From: Synechocystis sp. PCC 6803 substr. PCC-P | Lineage (GTDB): Bacteria; Cyanobacteriota; Cyanobacteriia; Cyanobacteriales; Microcystaceae | Direction of reading: 5' to 3' | Length of the DNA: 32,000 bases | Assembly (NCBI RefSeq): GCF_000284455.1 | Contig: NC_017039.1 | Span: 3,240,001-3,272,000 of the forward strand | Notes under the pieces: model-generated | The model's database searches: none | What the model saw: only the letters and a program-made list of their open reading frames with translations | Told to the model about the DNA's origin: nothing | Shown: positions 19,891-31,335 of the stretch, piece after piece | Layout of the letters: each line of letters begins with the position of its first letter | Numbering within the stretch: the first letter of the stretch is position 1 | Program-made: the position numbers and the translations under genes

Positions 19891-20286
19891 CTATACTCCC
19901 GCCCATAACAAAGAGACTCCATAATTTTTAAACATTGAATCTGCACTAATTAGCAGCATATTTTCTGTTTGTGCCTGGGCAATGATAATTCTGTCAAACG
20001 GATCACGGTGATGTAGGGGCAATGTCGCAACTTGCAGGGCATGGCGGGTTTTAATGTCCAGGAACTCAGCACCCAATTTCACCATGCGACTGAGAATGTA
20101 GTCGTCAATATTTTCTGGCAAGGGCAGTTTACCGATGGAAGTCTTAATTGACATTTCCCAAATACTGGCAACAGAAAGCCATATTTCGTTTGTCTCATCT
20201 ATGATCTGGGAAATTGCATCTTCGTTCAATTTTTCCGGCTCAGTAAACCACCATAACCAGCACTGGGTATCCAACAAAAGTTTCAC
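19891..20286 (-). CDS. vapC: PIN-domain ribonuclease toxin (VapC-like)
   Basis: KLLLDTQCWLWW, VASIWEMSIKTSIGKL, HHRDPFDRIIIAQAQTENMLLISAD, which are PIN-domain acidic residues. Likely GTG start at 20286 preceded by gaagga. Confidence 0.88.
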   Translation of the reverse strand: MKLLLDTQCWLWWFTEPEKLNEDAISQIIDETNEIWLSVASIWEMSIKTSIGKLPLPENIDDYILSRMVKLGAEFLDIKTRHALQVATLPLHHRDPFDRIIIAQAQTENMLLISADSMFKNYGVSLLWAGV

Positions 20287-20297
20287 GTTAATCCTTC

Positions 20298-20534
20298 TCA
20301 AGATAATGGCCAAATATCATTTGGTAAAGGATCGTTAAAGTCATCTGGCACTACAAATAATCCTCGATCTACCCCTAAGCTGGAGCATCGATCCACGGAT
20401 TTTTGCCTTTGCAGAGGAACCAACTTAGCAATGGGAATACCCTGGTCAGCAACGATGACTTCTTCCCCTGGTTTGATACTGTACAAAAGCTCAGGAAGAT
20501 TGATTTCTATTTGGTCAACATTGACGGTCTCCAT
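20298..20534 (-). CDS. Phd/YefM-family antitoxin (VapB-type partner)
   Basis: METVNVDQIEINLPELLYSIKPGEEVIVADQGIPIAKLVPL is a typical Phd/YefM N-terminus. It lies 11 nt upstream of the PIN toxin start. ATG at 20534. Confidence 0.87.
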   Translation of the reverse strand: METVNVDQIEINLPELLYSIKPGEEVIVADQGIPIAKLVPLQRQKSVDRCSSLGVDRGLFVVPDDFNDPLPNDIWPLS

Positions 20535-20645
20535 AGTGGATCCTAGTTTCTCTGGATTAACGCTAACTCCGATCATAGCTTGCTCTCATCGGGAATTATT
20601 TGACGGCACCAGAATATGAGTAAACAAATGGCGATCGCCGTTTAT

Positions 20646-21902
20646 TTAACTAGCTCTGTGGACAATGGCAAAGGCGGAAGTGTAACCGTGTAAAAAGGTC
20701 TGAGCACCCACCTGGCCAATTTCTCCATTACAAAAGAAACCACCCAGGGCTACTCCAGGAAAATATTGCCCAAACATCTGGCTATCAAAATTGGGGGTAC
20801 CATACAGGCCATAGCCTCTGCCCAAACAGGAAAACATCAATGCCCCGATCGCCGTAGAAGAAGATTGATTAGCCTCTCCTTCGGTGTAATGGCGCAAAAG
20901 AATTTGTAAGTCGTCGGCGGAAGTTTCCCGGTCCCGCAAATGGAATTGTAACCTTTGCCCCTTTCTCACCCGGTCTCCAATGGCGATCGCCCCTTGGCGG
21001 GGATCCACCCCCAGTAAGTTGCGAATGAGAAAATCCCCCGGTTGCAGAGTTAATTTAAATTCATCGCTGGCCACCCCCACAAAAAGGGAACTTTGGGCCA
21101 ATTCCTGATCTTTGGGACTGAGGGTGGGAATCAGTTTCTGCAGGCTAGCCAGGGGCGTTTCCAACACCACCGTGCCACTGTCTGCATCCTTACCTTGGAT
21201 TTCTGTAATGATATTTCTCTGCCCCTGGTTAACCACAAAGGGTTCGCCAATAGGCCGACAGCCCTGGGCCACCACACTACCGAGGCGAATATTGCCCGCT
21301 AAGGCTACGCCGATAAAACCATCTCCATAACGGCCAGCGGGATGATCAGAAGATTGCAAAAATAAACTGCCCCCCATGGCCACATTTTCCCCACTGGCTA
21401 AGCCACCCACTTTTGTTGCTTGGGGATAGGCAAAATCCAACCCGGCTAAAAAGTCTGTGATGCCCCCAGTCATCGGGTCGGCCAGAATAATAAAATCTGC
21501 GCCACTGGCCGGATCAACCCCCATTAAATCCACCCAACTTTGGGGCGGTGCGTCTAAATCGGGCATTCCTTCCCCATGGACATAGAATGGCGTCACCGTC
21601 ACCCCTGGCAATTGGGCCACCGTTAAGCTCAATGCCACTTCTCCTTCTACTTCCTGCACTGTGGCATTGTTTTCCATGCCAATAATGCCGCCCCCCAAGC
21701 AACCGATTAAATTCGGTACTGACAACTTTTCTTGCACTAGGGGCATTAACCGGGCCGCATCGCTGGCAAAGCTGGAGGAAAGGAAGATAATCGCCAAGTC
21801 CCATTGTCCCTGACCCCCCACCTTGGCGATCGCCTCATCCAATGCCCTCTCCAGGGATGGTCTGGTAGAAAGAGCATTAACCCACCGCAGAGAATGTGTC
21901 AT
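20646..21902 (-). CDS. FIST N/C domain protein (putative small-ligand sensory domain)
   Basis: LAIIFLSSSFASDAARLMPLVQEKL..LIGCLGGGIIG, GVALAGNIRLGSVVAQGCRPIGEPFVV, ALMFSCLGRGYGLYG...FFCNGEIGQVGAQTFLHGYTSAFAI. Likely ATG at 21902. Confidence 0.87.
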   Translation of the reverse strand: MTHSLRWVNALSTRPSLERALDEAIAKVGGQGQWDLAIIFLSSSFASDAARLMPLVQEKLSVPNLIGCLGGGIIGMENNATVQEVEGEVALSLTVAQLPGVTVTPFYVHGEGMPDLDAPPQSWVDLMGVDPASGADFIILADPMTGGITDFLAGLDFAYPQATKVGGLASGENVAMGGSLFLQSSDHPAGRYGDGFIGVALAGNIRLGSVVAQGCRPIGEPFVVNQGQRNIITEIQGKDADSGTVVLETPLASLQKLIPTLSPKDQELAQSSLFVGVASDEFKLTLQPGDFLIRNLLGVDPRQGAIAIGDRVRKGQRLQFHLRDRETSADDLQILLRHYTEGEANQSSSTAIGALMFSCLGRGYGLYGTPNFDSQMFGQYFPGVALGGFFCNGEIGQVGAQTFLHGYTSAFAIVHRAS

Positions 21903-22116
21903 AGGAGAAATAAAGTAATGAGGTGCTCGACGGGATGGCAAAGGTAACCAAAAACCTTGCCCAAAAGTAGGACTGGCGTAGACTACCATCGTAACTTCTC
22001 AGATCAAATTGCAGAAAATCAGCGACAAAAAATCTCCCCTGCCCCAAAATTACTGTCCCCATTCCCTTTGCTAACCTATGGCAAAATGATGAAGGCCTAA
22101 CAGTAAACTCCCTCCC

Positions 22117-24849
22117 ATGACCACTTCCCTGCCGCCCCAATATGAACCCACCGTCACCGAAGCCAAATGGCAAACAGCGTGGGAAGAAAGTCATGCCTTT
22201 AAAGCCGATCCCGATCGCCCAGGGGAACCCTATTGCGTGGTGATTCCGCCCCCCAATGTGACAGGTAGTTTGCATATGGGCCACGCTTTTGAGAGTTCTT
22301 TAATAGATACTTTGGTTCGTTATCACCGCATGCGGGGGGACAATACCCTCTGGTTACCGGGAACGGACCATGCCAGTATTGCTGTGCAAACCATTTTGGA
22401 ACGTCAGTTAAAAGCGGAGGGGAAAACGAGGGATGATTTGGGCCGGGAAAAGTTTTTGGAACGGGCCTGGCAATGGAAAGCGGAGTCCGGCAGTACTATT
22501 GTTAACCAACTGCGGCGTTTGGGAGTGTCTGTGGACTGGACCAGGGAGCGGTTCACCATGGATGAAGGACTTTCCCAAGCAGTAAAAACAGCATTTATTA
22601 AGTTGTACGAAGAAGGATTAATTTACCGGGGTAATTATCTGGTCAATTGGTGTCCGGCTTCCCAGTCAGCGGTGTCGGATTTGGAAGTGGAAAACCAGGA
22701 AGTGGACGGTCATTTGTGGTATTTTCGTTATCCCCTCACCGACGGTAGTGGAGAACTAGTGGTGGCCACCACCCGACCGGAAACCATGCTGGGGGATACG
22801 GGGGTGGCGGTTAATCCCCATGATGAACGCTATGCCGCCATGGTGGGCAAAACCATTACCCTACCTTTAGTGAACCGGGAAATTCCCATTGTGGCCGATG
22901 AGTTGGTGGACCCAGAATTTGGTACCGGCTGTGTGAAGGTTACCCCCGCCCACGATCCCAACGATTTTGTCATGGGGCAACGGCACAATTTACCTTTTAT
23001 TAATCTGCTCAACAAAGACGGTTCCCTAAATGAGAATGGTGGGGATTTTGCTGGCCAAGACCGCTTTGAAGCCCGCAAAAATGTGGTGCAAGCCCTAGAA
23101 GCCCAGGGTTTTCTGGTCAAAATTGAACCCTATCGTCATTCCGTACCCTACGGCGATCGGGGTAAGGTGCCCGTGGAACCGTTGTTATCCACCCAATGGT
23201 TTGTCAAAATTGAAAGCCTAGCCCAAAATGCCCTGGCCTGTTTGGACGAGGATAACTCTCCTAATTTTGTGCCGGAACGGTGGGGTAAGGTTTATCGAGA
23301 CTGGTTGGTAAAGCTCAAAGATTGGTGTATTTCCCGGCAACTGTGGTGGGGTCATCAAATTCCCGCTTGGTATGTGATCAGCGAAACCAATGGAGCCATA
23401 ACTGATCACACCCCTTTCATTGTGGCCTACGACGAGGCCGAAGCCTTAGCTAAAGCGAAAGCAGAATATGGCCCGACGGTGCAATTGCAACAGGACCCCG
23501 ATGTGTTGGATACCTGGTTTTCTTCGGGACTGTGGCCCTTTTCCACCATGGGCTGGCCAGAACAAACAGACGATTTGGCCAAATATTATCCCACCAGCAC
23601 CCTAGTAACGGGTTTTGACATTATCTTTTTCTGGGTGGCCAGGATGACCATGATGGCGGGGCACTTCACCGGCCAAATACCCTTTAAGGATGTCTATATC
23701 CACGGCTTGGTGCGGGATGAAAATGGTAAAAAAATGTCTAAATCGGCCAACAACGGCATTGATCCTTTGTTGTTGATTAATAAATATGGTACCGATGCGC
23801 TACGTTACACCCTAATTCGGGAAGTGGCTGGAGCGGGGCAAGATATTAGCCTGCAATACGATCGCCAGAAGGATGAATCGGAGTCGGTGGAAGCGTCCCG
23901 TAACTTTGCCAATAAACTGTGGAATGCGGCCCGGTTTGTGATGATGAATCTGGATGGTCAGACCCCGCAGCAATTGGGTCTAGCCCCTGGGGAAGATTTA
24001 GAATTGGCAGACCGTTGGATTCTCTCCCGTTTGAATCAAGTTATTCAGCAAACTCGAGAGCAAATTGAAGATTACGGCCTAGGGGAAGCGGCCAAGGGCC
24101 TGTACGAATTCATCTGGGGTGATTTTTGCGATTGGTACATTGAGCTAGCTAAACCCAGACTCTGGAATAAGGAAGGAGGAGACGTCGGCACCCAGCGTCA
24201 ATTGGTGGCCCGCCAAGTTTTGGCCCACACGTTGGACAGCATTATTAAGTTGCTCCATCCCTTTATGCCCCATATTACGGAGGAGCTGTGGCAAACTCTG
24301 CACCAGGCGGAAGGACAATTTTTGGCTTTGCAGGCCTACCCAACGGTTAACCAATCCTTAGTTGACCCAGCTTTGGAAACTCAGTTTGCTCTGTTAATTG
24401 AAACTCTCCGCACCATCCGTAATCTCCGGGCAGAAGCTGGCATTAAACCGGGAGCCATGGTCACTGTTATCCTCCAAAGTGAAAATGACCAGGAACGACA
24501 AACCCTCCAGCTAGGAGAAACCTATATTCGGGACATTGGCAAAGTGGAAAATCTCCAAGTGGTGTCCCAACTACCTCCAGAACAAACCCAGGCGATCGCC
24601 GGTGTGGTGGATACAATTCAGGTGCTCATTCCCCTATCCGGGCTAGTGGATTTGGATATTCTCCGCAATAAAATCCAAAAAACCTTGGATAAAGTGACCA
24701 AAGAATATGAAAGCATCGAAAAACGCCTTAGCAATCCCGGTTTTGTTAATAAAGCCCCAGAGGAAGTGATCGCCGGAGCTAAGGAATCCCTCAATGCCGC
24801 CGCTGTTCAACGGCAAATGCTCCAGGAGCGACTTAAAATGTTGGGCTAA
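22117..24849 (+). CDS. valS: Valyl-tRNA synthetase
   Basis: [19 protein letters not shown] (HIGH-type), [28 protein letters not shown] (KMSKS), C-terminal coiled coil. Confidence 0.98.
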   Translation: MTTSLPPQYEPTVTEAKWQTAWEESHAFKADPDRPGEPYCVVIPPPNVTGSLHMGHAFESSLIDTLVRYHRMRGDNTLWLPGTDHASIAVQTILERQLKAEGKTRDDLGREKFLERAWQWKAESGSTIVNQLRRLGVSVDWTRERFTMDEGLSQAVKTAFIKLYEEGLIYRGNYLVNWCPASQSAVSDLEVENQEVDGHLWYFRYPLTDGSGELVVATTRPETMLGDTGVAVNPHDERYAAMVGKTITLPLVNREIPIVADELVDPEFGTGCVKVTPAHDPNDFVMGQRHNLPFINLLNKDGSLNENGGDFAGQDRFEARKNVVQALEAQGFLVKIEPYRHSVPYGDRGKVPVEPLLSTQWFVKIESLAQNALACLDEDNSPNFVPERWGKVYRDWLVKLKDWCISRQLWWGHQIPAWYVISETNGAITDHTPFIVAYDEAEALAKAKAEYGPTVQLQQDPDVLDTWFSSGLWPFSTMGWPEQTDDLAKYYPTSTLVTGFDIIFFWVARMTMMAGHFTGQIPFKDVYIHGLVRDENGKKMSKSANNGIDPLLLINKYGTDALRYTLIREVAGAGQDISLQYDRQKDESESVEASRNFANKLWNAARFVMMNLDGQTPQQLGLAPGEDLELADRWILSRLNQVIQQTREQIEDYGLGEAAKGLYEFIWGDFCDWYIELAKPRLWNKEGGDVGTQRQLVARQVLAHTLDSIIKLLHPFMPHITEELWQTLHQAEGQFLALQAYPTVNQSLVDPALETQFALLIETLRTIRNLRAEAGIKPGAMVTVILQSENDQERQTLQLGETYIRDIGKVENLQVVSQLPPEQTQAIAGVVDTIQVLIPLSGLVDLDILRNKIQKTLDKVTKEYESIEKRLSNPGFVNKAPEEVIAGAKESLNAAAVQRQMLQERLKMLG

Positions 24850-24958
24850 AAAAGCTTGTGATGCCCCTTCAGACCAATCTTTGGATCAAAATAGAGCACC
24901 ACTTTCAGCTTATTTATCGTTATCCACCAAAAGCTTGTTTAAAAAGCCACAATCCGCC

Positions 24959-25053
24959 CCCTAAATACCCTCACTAAACCGTCGGCAAATTTGGCAGACT
25001 TTGAACACTGTTCCCCCCAGAGTTGGGGGGCTAGGGGGGCTTTTAAAACACTT
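24959..25053. repeat. Palindromic intergenic repeat, copy B
   Basis: GCCCCCTAAATACCCTCACTAAACCGTCGGCAAATTTGGCAGACTTT...TTCCCCCCAGAGTTGGGGGGCTAGGGGGGCTTTTAAAACA. Near-identical ends and layout to 17859-17959. Confidence 0.85.
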
Positions 25054-25070
25054 TATAATCCTGATATCTT

Positions 25071-25382
25071 CTACCACTTCAGGAGATTGAATTGTTCCAT
25101 ATCGGTTGTTTCCCGGTTGCGGTAAATGGCTAGCACGATCGCCAGACCCACAGCGGCTTCGGCGGCGGCAATGGTAATGACAAAAATGGCAAACACCTGG
25201 CCCCGAATGTTGCTCGGATCAAGATAATTGGAAAAACCCATCAGGTTGAGGTTAACTGCGTTGAGCAATAGTTCAATGGACATCAACACCCGCACCGCAT
25301 TACGGCTAGTGATGAGACCATAAATGCCAATGCAAAAGAGGGCGGCCGCTAGGATCAAACAATATTGAAGCTGCAAATGCAT
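25071..25382 (-). CDS. ndhE: NAD(P)H-quinone oxidoreductase subunit 4L
   Basis: [55 protein letters not shown]. Confidence 0.97.
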   Translation of the reverse strand: MHLQLQYCLILAAALFCIGIYGLITSRNAVRVLMSIELLLNAVNLNLMGFSNYLDPSNIRGQVFAIFVITIAAAEAAVGLAIVLAIYRNRETTDMEQFNLLKW

Positions 25383-25521
25383 AGTGGGGTAAGAGAAATT
25401 TAACTAGAGTTATGAATAAAACCGTAAATAAAATTAGGTTAGGGCGGAAGATTTTTGCTTAAGTTTTGCCCAATTAACCGGCAAGATTGAAGAAGCTGCC
25501 ACTAACCTACCTAGGCAGCAT

Positions 25522-26118
25522 CTATTTGGAAGCGGAGGTTAACTCCCGGGGACGCTCTGGCAAAGTCAGGGCCGTGGCGGTTTTGTTTTCCTCGGACAAT
25601 TCGGGAATTAAGTCCCGACGGGCCAAAATAATTGCCCCCACCATGGCCATCAATAGCAGAACGGAAGCCAACTCAAAGGGCAAAAGGTAATCACTAAAAA
25701 AGTGTTTGCCAATGGTGACTAGGGTGTTTTCCACAAAAGGCCCCGTTTCATTAATCTGCCAGGGGGTGATCAACACCATGGTGCTCAACAGGGCAAAGAT
25801 GCCGGTACATACCAGAGCAGTGGAAACATTTCTTAGCCAACGACCGGGAATTTTGGAAAAATCCTCCCGTTTATTGACCAACATAATGGCAAAAAGAATA
25901 AGTACACTGACTGCCCCCACGTAAACTAGCACTTGGGCCGCCGCCACAAAATCCGCATTGAGCAGAATATAAATACCGGAAATACTGAGGAAAACTCCCC
26001 CCAATAGGAAGGCAGAATAAACAATATTAGAGAGCAGTACGACCCCCAGGGCCGCCCCAATGACTAAAAAAGCCAGGATTAGGAAGGATATGTACTGAAC
26101 ACCTTCAGCTAAATTCAC
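25522..26118 (-). CDS. ndhG: NAD(P)H-quinone oxidoreductase subunit 6
   Basis: ALGVVLLSNIVYSAFLLGGVFLSISGIYILLNADFVAAAQVLVYVGAVSVLILFAIMLVNK. Confidence 0.97.
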   Translation of the reverse strand: MNLAEGVQYISFLILAFLVIGAALGVVLLSNIVYSAFLLGGVFLSISGIYILLNADFVAAAQVLVYVGAVSVLILFAIMLVNKREDFSKIPGRWLRNVSTALVCTGIFALLSTMVLITPWQINETGPFVENTLVTIGKHFFSDYLLPFELASVLLLMAMVGAIILARRDLIPELSEENKTATALTLPERPRELTSASK

Positions 26119-26212
26119 AGTGGTTAATCTCCTAGGTACGGATAGTGGAAGGGCAAAATTGGTTCACAACGAGTTTACTTTAACGGGTAAAGCCAAGGAA
26201 TAAATCATCAAC

Positions 26213-26794
26213 CTATTCTGCTTTCACCAAATCTTCGGGATGTTGTCCGGCCCGTTGACTACCCTTGGGTAAATTGTGGGGTTCTATTACTCCTTTGGGT
26301 AAGTAGCCTAGTTCCCGCAGGGGAGTCACCATGGGGTCTTCGGTCACTTTATAGGGCAACCTTCCCAAAGCCACGTTGTCATAGTTCAAGTCATGGCGAT
26401 CATAGGCCGCCAATTCATATTCCTCGGTCATGGAGAGGCAGTTTGTGGGACAGTACTCCACGCAATTACCGCAGAAAATACATACACCGAAGTCGATGCT
26501 GTAATGTTTGAGTTCTTTTTTCTTAACTGCCTTATTAAATTCCCAGTCGACTACGGGCAAGTTAATGGGACAAACCCGCACACAGACTTCACAGGCAATA
26601 CATTTATCAAACTCAAAATGAATTCTGCCCCGGAATCGTTCTGAGGGAATGAGCTTTTCGTAGGGATATTGCACCGTGATGGGCCGACGACTCATGTGGT
26701 CAAAGGTAACTGCTAACCCCTGACCGATATACTTAGCCGCTTGCAAGCTCTCTTTAGCGTAATCGCCTACCTGTTTGAGAATGTTGTTAAACAT
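26213..26794 (-). CDS. ndhI: NAD(P)H-quinone oxidoreductase subunit I (2x[4Fe-4S] ferredoxin-like)
   Basis: [20 protein letters not shown] and [24 protein letters not shown]. Confidence 0.98.
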   Translation of the reverse strand: MFNNILKQVGDYAKESLQAAKYIGQGLAVTFDHMSRRPITVQYPYEKLIPSERFRGRIHFEFDKCIACEVCVRVCPINLPVVDWEFNKAVKKKELKHYSIDFGVCIFCGNCVEYCPTNCLSMTEEYELAAYDRHDLNYDNVALGRLPYKVTEDPMVTPLRELGYLPKGVIEPHNLPKGSQRAGQHPEDLVKAE

Positions 26795-26904
26795 AGATTT
26801 GGGATTGGGATAAGCAAATGATTAAAGGTTTAAGTCGGCCAAAGTTAGAAGCTGGGCTAAGACAAATTTCAGTGACATCCCAGCTAATCTTTGTTGGAAG
26901 AGGA

Positions 26905-28023
26905 CTAACCGCCAAAGGCCATGGGAAAGGTCAATTTCAGGGCGGCAGTGATGAGAAGGTTTGCTAGGGCAACGGGCAATAAAAATTTCCAACCCAAGTT
27001 TAACAATTGGTCAATACGCACCCTGGGCACTGTCCAACGGAGCAAAATAGCAATGAAGATGAGGAAATAGGACTTCAGCACCGTCATGGTGATACCGAGG
27101 GCCGCCATCAGCACCTGCAACCAGGAAGTGGTAGGGGCAACTCCCAGCCAATTGGCCACATTTTCCAGGGGAATGGGGAAGTCCCAACCGCCCAGATAAA
27201 GCACCGAAAATACCAAGGCAGAAAGTACAAGGTTAACGTAGGAGCCAAGGTAGAACAGGGCGAATTTCATCCCAGCATATTCGGTTTGATAGCCTGCTAC
27301 CAATTCTTCTTCGGCTTCCGGTAGGTCAAAGGGTAGTCGCTCACATTCCGCCAAGGCTGCAATCCAGAAAATCAGAAAGCCCACCGGTTGCCGCCAAATA
27401 TTCCACCCCAAAATGCCGTAACCGGACTGTTGGTCAACGATGTCGATGGTGCTGAGGCTGTTAGACATCATCACGATCGCCAACACGGCCAGGGAAAGGG
27501 GAATTTCGTAGCTAATGGACTGGGCTGCCGCCCGGAGACCCCCCAAAAGGGAATACTTATTATTGGAAGCATAACCAGACATCAACAACCCGATGGGAGC
27601 AATACTGGAAAGGGCAATCCAGAGAAAAATACCAACGTTAATGTCAGTAATGACCAAGTTCTGGCCGAAGGGCACGATGAGATAGGAAAGAAAAACCGGC
27701 AGTACCACCAGTACAGGGCCAAGGGTGAACAACCAGGGGTCAGCCTTGGCGGGTACTACATCTTCTTTGAATACTAGCTTGATGCCATCGGCCACGGGTT
27801 GTAACACCCCTAAAGGACCTGCGTATTCTGGCCCAATCCTTTGTTGAGCGGCGGCGGAAATCTTTCTTTCCAGCCACACCACCACCAACACCCCGACGGT
27901 AGCTCCGATGATCATCAAAATGGAGGGGAGGGGAATCCAAAACAGCTTCGCTAATCCTGGGGGCAGGCCAAAACCCTGGAGTGACTGAAGAAAACTATTC
28001 TGAAGATCAATGCCTGAAGTCAT
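26905..28023 (-). CDS. ndhA: NAD(P)H-quinone oxidoreductase subunit 1
   Basis: [40 protein letters not shown] and [25 protein letters not shown]. Confidence 0.98.
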
Positions 28024-28277
28024 GGTGCCGTCCGCTGGGAGGGTTGAAATGATTAACTGAGTCTCAGCTCAGCAAGCTTGCCGATTATTGTAATGAAATT
28101 TACCTGCTTAGTATAGTCCCAATAGTTTTGATGGTTATGATTAGAATTCTTGAAGGGTATAGCTCTCTTGGGGTCGGTGGTGTCCTCGTTCTTCAAGATC
28201 CCTAGGGTTTTTTCCCTACCCTGGGCAGCCCTCTAGTAACCAGTCCTGCCCCTATCAAAACTTCCTTTTGCCGCCCT

Positions 28278-29423
28278 ATGTTGCGTTTTGCCCGTTCTCT
28301 CTATCCCCTGATCTTATCCGTAACCAAAAGTGATCCGGAAAGGGGCCATCAACGGCTTATTCAAACTTTAAAGAAAGTGGATACCATGCATCGCAATGGT
28401 TTTGCTGTGGCCATGGAGCAACTGGAGCAAGCTTTTACCCATGCAGACCCTCGTTTACAACAAACCTGTTGGGGCTTAAATTTTCCCAATGTGCTTGGTC
28501 TATCGGCTGGCTGTGATAAGGAGGGGGAAGCGGCCGCCGTTTGGCCTGCCCTGGGTTTTGGTTTTGCGGAATTGGGGGCTGTGACCAAATATGCCCAACC
28601 AGGGAATGACCGTCCCCGTCTGTTTCGTTTGCCACAAGACCAAGCAGTGTTAAACCGTTTGGGGGCCAACAATGAGGGGGCCGTGGCCATGGCGGCAAAA
28701 TTAAAACACACCTGGGACTACTATCCCCGTACCATTCCCATTGGCATCAATCTTTGTAAGTCGAAAATTACTCCCCTGGACCAAGCGGTGGAGGATTACG
28801 TTTTTAGTTTTCAGACCTTGGCCCCGGTGGCGGACTATTTTGTGGTCAATGTCAGTTCTCCCAATACCCCTGGGTTACGCAGTTTGCAGGAGTCTGACGA
28901 GTTGCCCCGCATTTTTGCTGGCTTGCAATCGGCTAACCATTGGCAAAAACCCCTTTTGGTAAAAATTTCTCCAGATCTGTCCTGGGAGGCGATCGCCGTC
29001 ATTATCGACCTAGTCAAAGAACATAACCTCTCAGGCATCGTCGCCACCAACACCAGCACCAGGCGATCGGGGTTGAAGACAAAAATTTTGCCCCAAACAG
29101 GTCAACCCATAGAACAGGAAGCTGGCGGACTGAGTGGTCAACCCATTCGAGACCGAGCCACAGAGGTAATCCGCTATATCTATCAACAAACTGGCGGCAC
29201 CATTCCCATCATCGGCGTGGGGGGGATTTTCACTGCTGAGGATGCCTGGGAAAAAATTCAAGCAGGGGCGAGTTTCCTACAGATTTATACCGGCTGGATT
29301 TATGGCGGTCCTTGGGTAGTCTCCGATATCTTGCAGGGCTTGGGGGAAAAATTAGCGGCTGGGGGCTTTTCCCATATCAGTGAAGCAGTGGGAATAGATA
29401 CAATAGGCAAGGCCCCAGAGTAA
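28278..29423 (+). CDS. pyrD: Dihydroorotate dehydrogenase, membrane-type (class 2)
   Basis: [91 protein letters not shown]. Confidence 0.96.
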   Translation: MLRFARSLYPLILSVTKSDPERGHQRLIQTLKKVDTMHRNGFAVAMEQLEQAFTHADPRLQQTCWGLNFPNVLGLSAGCDKEGEAAAVWPALGFGFAELGAVTKYAQPGNDRPRLFRLPQDQAVLNRLGANNEGAVAMAAKLKHTWDYYPRTIPIGINLCKSKITPLDQAVEDYVFSFQTLAPVADYFVVNVSSPNTPGLRSLQESDELPRIFAGLQSANHWQKPLLVKISPDLSWEAIAVIIDLVKEHNLSGIVATNTSTRRSGLKTKILPQTGQPIEQEAGGLSGQPIRDRATEVIRYIYQQTGGTIPIIGVGGIFTAEDAWEKIQAGASFLQIYTGWIYGGPWVVSDILQGLGEKLAAGGFSHISEAVGIDTIGKAPE

Positions 29424-29561
29424 GTTTGACTAGTTACCGATTGCTCCAACCCTGGAGAAAAGCTACATAATGCCCATTGTCACCGGAGCTTTAGTGGGTT
29501 GATCTGGGGCCAGCATCGAACCCCAATGAACAGGCTCTCAATTATTTTTCCCAACCTTGTT

Positions 29562-30005
29562 ATGGCCAACGCTACTTTACCTCCCAATCTCGCTAAGATT
29601 GTCGAACGCTTCCAACGGCACACTGACCCCAAAAAACGGTATGAGCAGTTGTTGTGGTACGGCAAAAAGCTGGAGCCGATGATGGAGGAAGGGAAAATTG
29701 CCGCTAATAAAGTCCAAGGTTGTGTTTCCCAGGTTTATATCACCGCTGACCTGGAAGATGGCAAAGTAATGTACCAGGGGGATTCCGATGCCCAATTGGT
29801 CAAGGGTTTGGTGGCCTTACTAATTCAGGGTTTAAACGGCTTAACCCCCACGGAAATTGTCGAGTTAACGCCGGATTTCATTGAAGCGACGGGTTTACAG
29901 GTGAGCTTGACCCCCAGCCGGGCCAATGGTTTTTATAACATTTTTAAGATGATGCAAACCAAGGCGATCGCCTTTCAGTTGGGCCAGTCCTATGGAGAAG
30001 GTTGA
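29562..30005 (+). CDS. sufE: SufE-like Fe-S metabolism protein (ORF open from 29499)
   Basis: KKRYEQLLWYGKKL...NKVQGCVSQVYI (conserved Cys), DSDAQLVKGLVALLI, SLTPSRANGFYNIFKMM. The start could also be ATG 29526. Confidence 0.92.
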   Translation: MANATLPPNLAKIVERFQRHTDPKKRYEQLLWYGKKLEPMMEEGKIAANKVQGCVSQVYITADLEDGKVMYQGDSDAQLVKGLVALLIQGLNGLTPTEIVELTPDFIEATGLQVSLTPSRANGFYNIFKMMQTKAIAFQLGQSYGEG

Positions 30006-31269
30006 CCAAGCAAAATTGTTCCTGGGTTTAGACTTTGGTACGTCCGGGGCGAGGGCGGCGGTAATTGATCAAAATAAAGAGTTAATTTGGCAGGAAAAAG
30101 TCCAGTTTTCCCAGGTTCCCGGCCCCCAATTGGTTACCATCTGGCGGGAAAGTTTGTTTCATCTTTTAGATCAAATTCCCGATGAACTAAGCAGTCAAAT
30201 CCAGGCGATCGCCATTGATGGCACTTCCTCCACGGTTTTACTGTTGGATAGCCAAGGCAATGGGTTAATGGAGCCTCTGTTGTATAACGATGACCGGGGC
30301 AAAGAAGTTAAGCATTTATTATCAGCAATAGCTCCAGCAGATCATTTAGTGCAAAGTGCTACTTCTAGCCTAGCCAAACTGCTTTGGTACTCCCAACAAC
30401 CGGAGTTTGAACGAGCTAATTACTTTTGTCATCAAGCGGATTGGTTAGCAAGTTTGCTCCATGGTGGCAGACCCGTTAGTGATTATCACAATGCCCTCAA
30501 GCTGGGCTACAATCCCCACAATTTAACCTATCCTGATTGGTTAAAAAATGCTTCTTGGTTTGCCCTTTTACCTCCAGTAATTGCCCCCGGTAAAGCAATT
30601 TCCCGCTTATCTCCCAGCATTGCCAACGCAGAAAAATTCCCTAAAAATTATTTGGTTTGTGCCGGCACCACGGACAGCATTGCTGCTTTTTTAGCCAGTG
30701 GCGCAACGCAACCAGGGGAAGCGGTCACTTCTTTGGGTTCCACTCTGGTGCTGAAGTTACTAAGTGAAAAGCCAGTGACGGATCTAGCTAGCGGTATTTA
30801 TAGCCATCGTCTAGGCGATTTATGGTTAACGGGGGGAGCTTCCAATGCGGGGGGAGCAGTGTTACAACATTATTTTTCGTCAACGCAGTTAACAGCATTA
30901 AGTGCCAAAATTAATCCCCATCAACCTAGTGACTTAGATTACTATCCCCTTTTGCAACCGGGGGAAAGATTTCCCATTAATGACCCTAATTTATTACCCC
31001 GCTTGGAACCCAGACCAGAGAATGATGCAATTTTTTTACAAGGTTTATTGGAAGGTTTAGCTCGCATTGAAGCCCAGGGTTATGAAAAGTTGCAAAAGTT
31101 GGGGGCAACAACCTTAACAAAGGTGTTTACTGCTGGGGGTGGGGCACAGAATTTAACTTGGCAAACTATTCGGCAAAATTTGCTCCAGGTTCCGGTACAA
31201 AAATCCGTTCAGTCAGAAGCGGCCTATGGTTCTGCTTGTTTAGCTAGAAGTAGTAAATCTTGGGAATGA
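29992..31269 (+). CDS. FGGY-family carbohydrate kinase, probable D-ribulose/xylulose kinase
   Basis: FLGLDFGTSGARAAVIDQ, VDGTS-like IAIDGTSSTVLLL, HQADWLASLL, CAGTTDSIAAFLASGA, VTSLGSTLVLKLL, TAGGGAQN. Confidence 0.9.
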   Translation: MEKVDQAKLFLGLDFGTSGARAAVIDQNKELIWQEKVQFSQVPGPQLVTIWRESLFHLLDQIPDELSSQIQAIAIDGTSSTVLLLDSQGNGLMEPLLYNDDRGKEVKHLLSAIAPADHLVQSATSSLAKLLWYSQQPEFERANYFCHQADWLASLLHGGRPVSDYHNALKLGYNPHNLTYPDWLKNASWFALLPPVIAPGKAISRLSPSIANAEKFPKNYLVCAGTTDSIAAFLASGATQPGEAVTSLGSTLVLKLLSEKPVTDLASGIYSHRLGDLWLTGGASNAGGAVLQHYFSSTQLTALSAKINPHQPSDLDYYPLLQPGERFPINDPNLLPRLEPRPENDAIFLQGLLEGLARIEAQGYEKLQKLGATTLTKVFTAGGGAQNLTWQTIRQNLLQVPVQKSVQSEAAYGSACLARSSKSWE

Positions 31270-31335
31270 AGATTAAATCATCGTCCCTAGATGGTTGTCT
31301 ACAATATAATCAACCAAACCCTACACCCAAATTTT

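Noticed and set aside
21877-22284. 135-aa minus-strand ORF spanning the valS 5' end and upstream region
   Set aside because: Overlaps the conserved valS N-terminus and the FIST gene start. No motif.
24850-24941. Direct repeat AAAAGCTTGT (24850-24859 and 24932-24941) after valS
   Set aside because: Only 10 bp in an AT-rich gap. Not enough to argue for att or target-site duplication.
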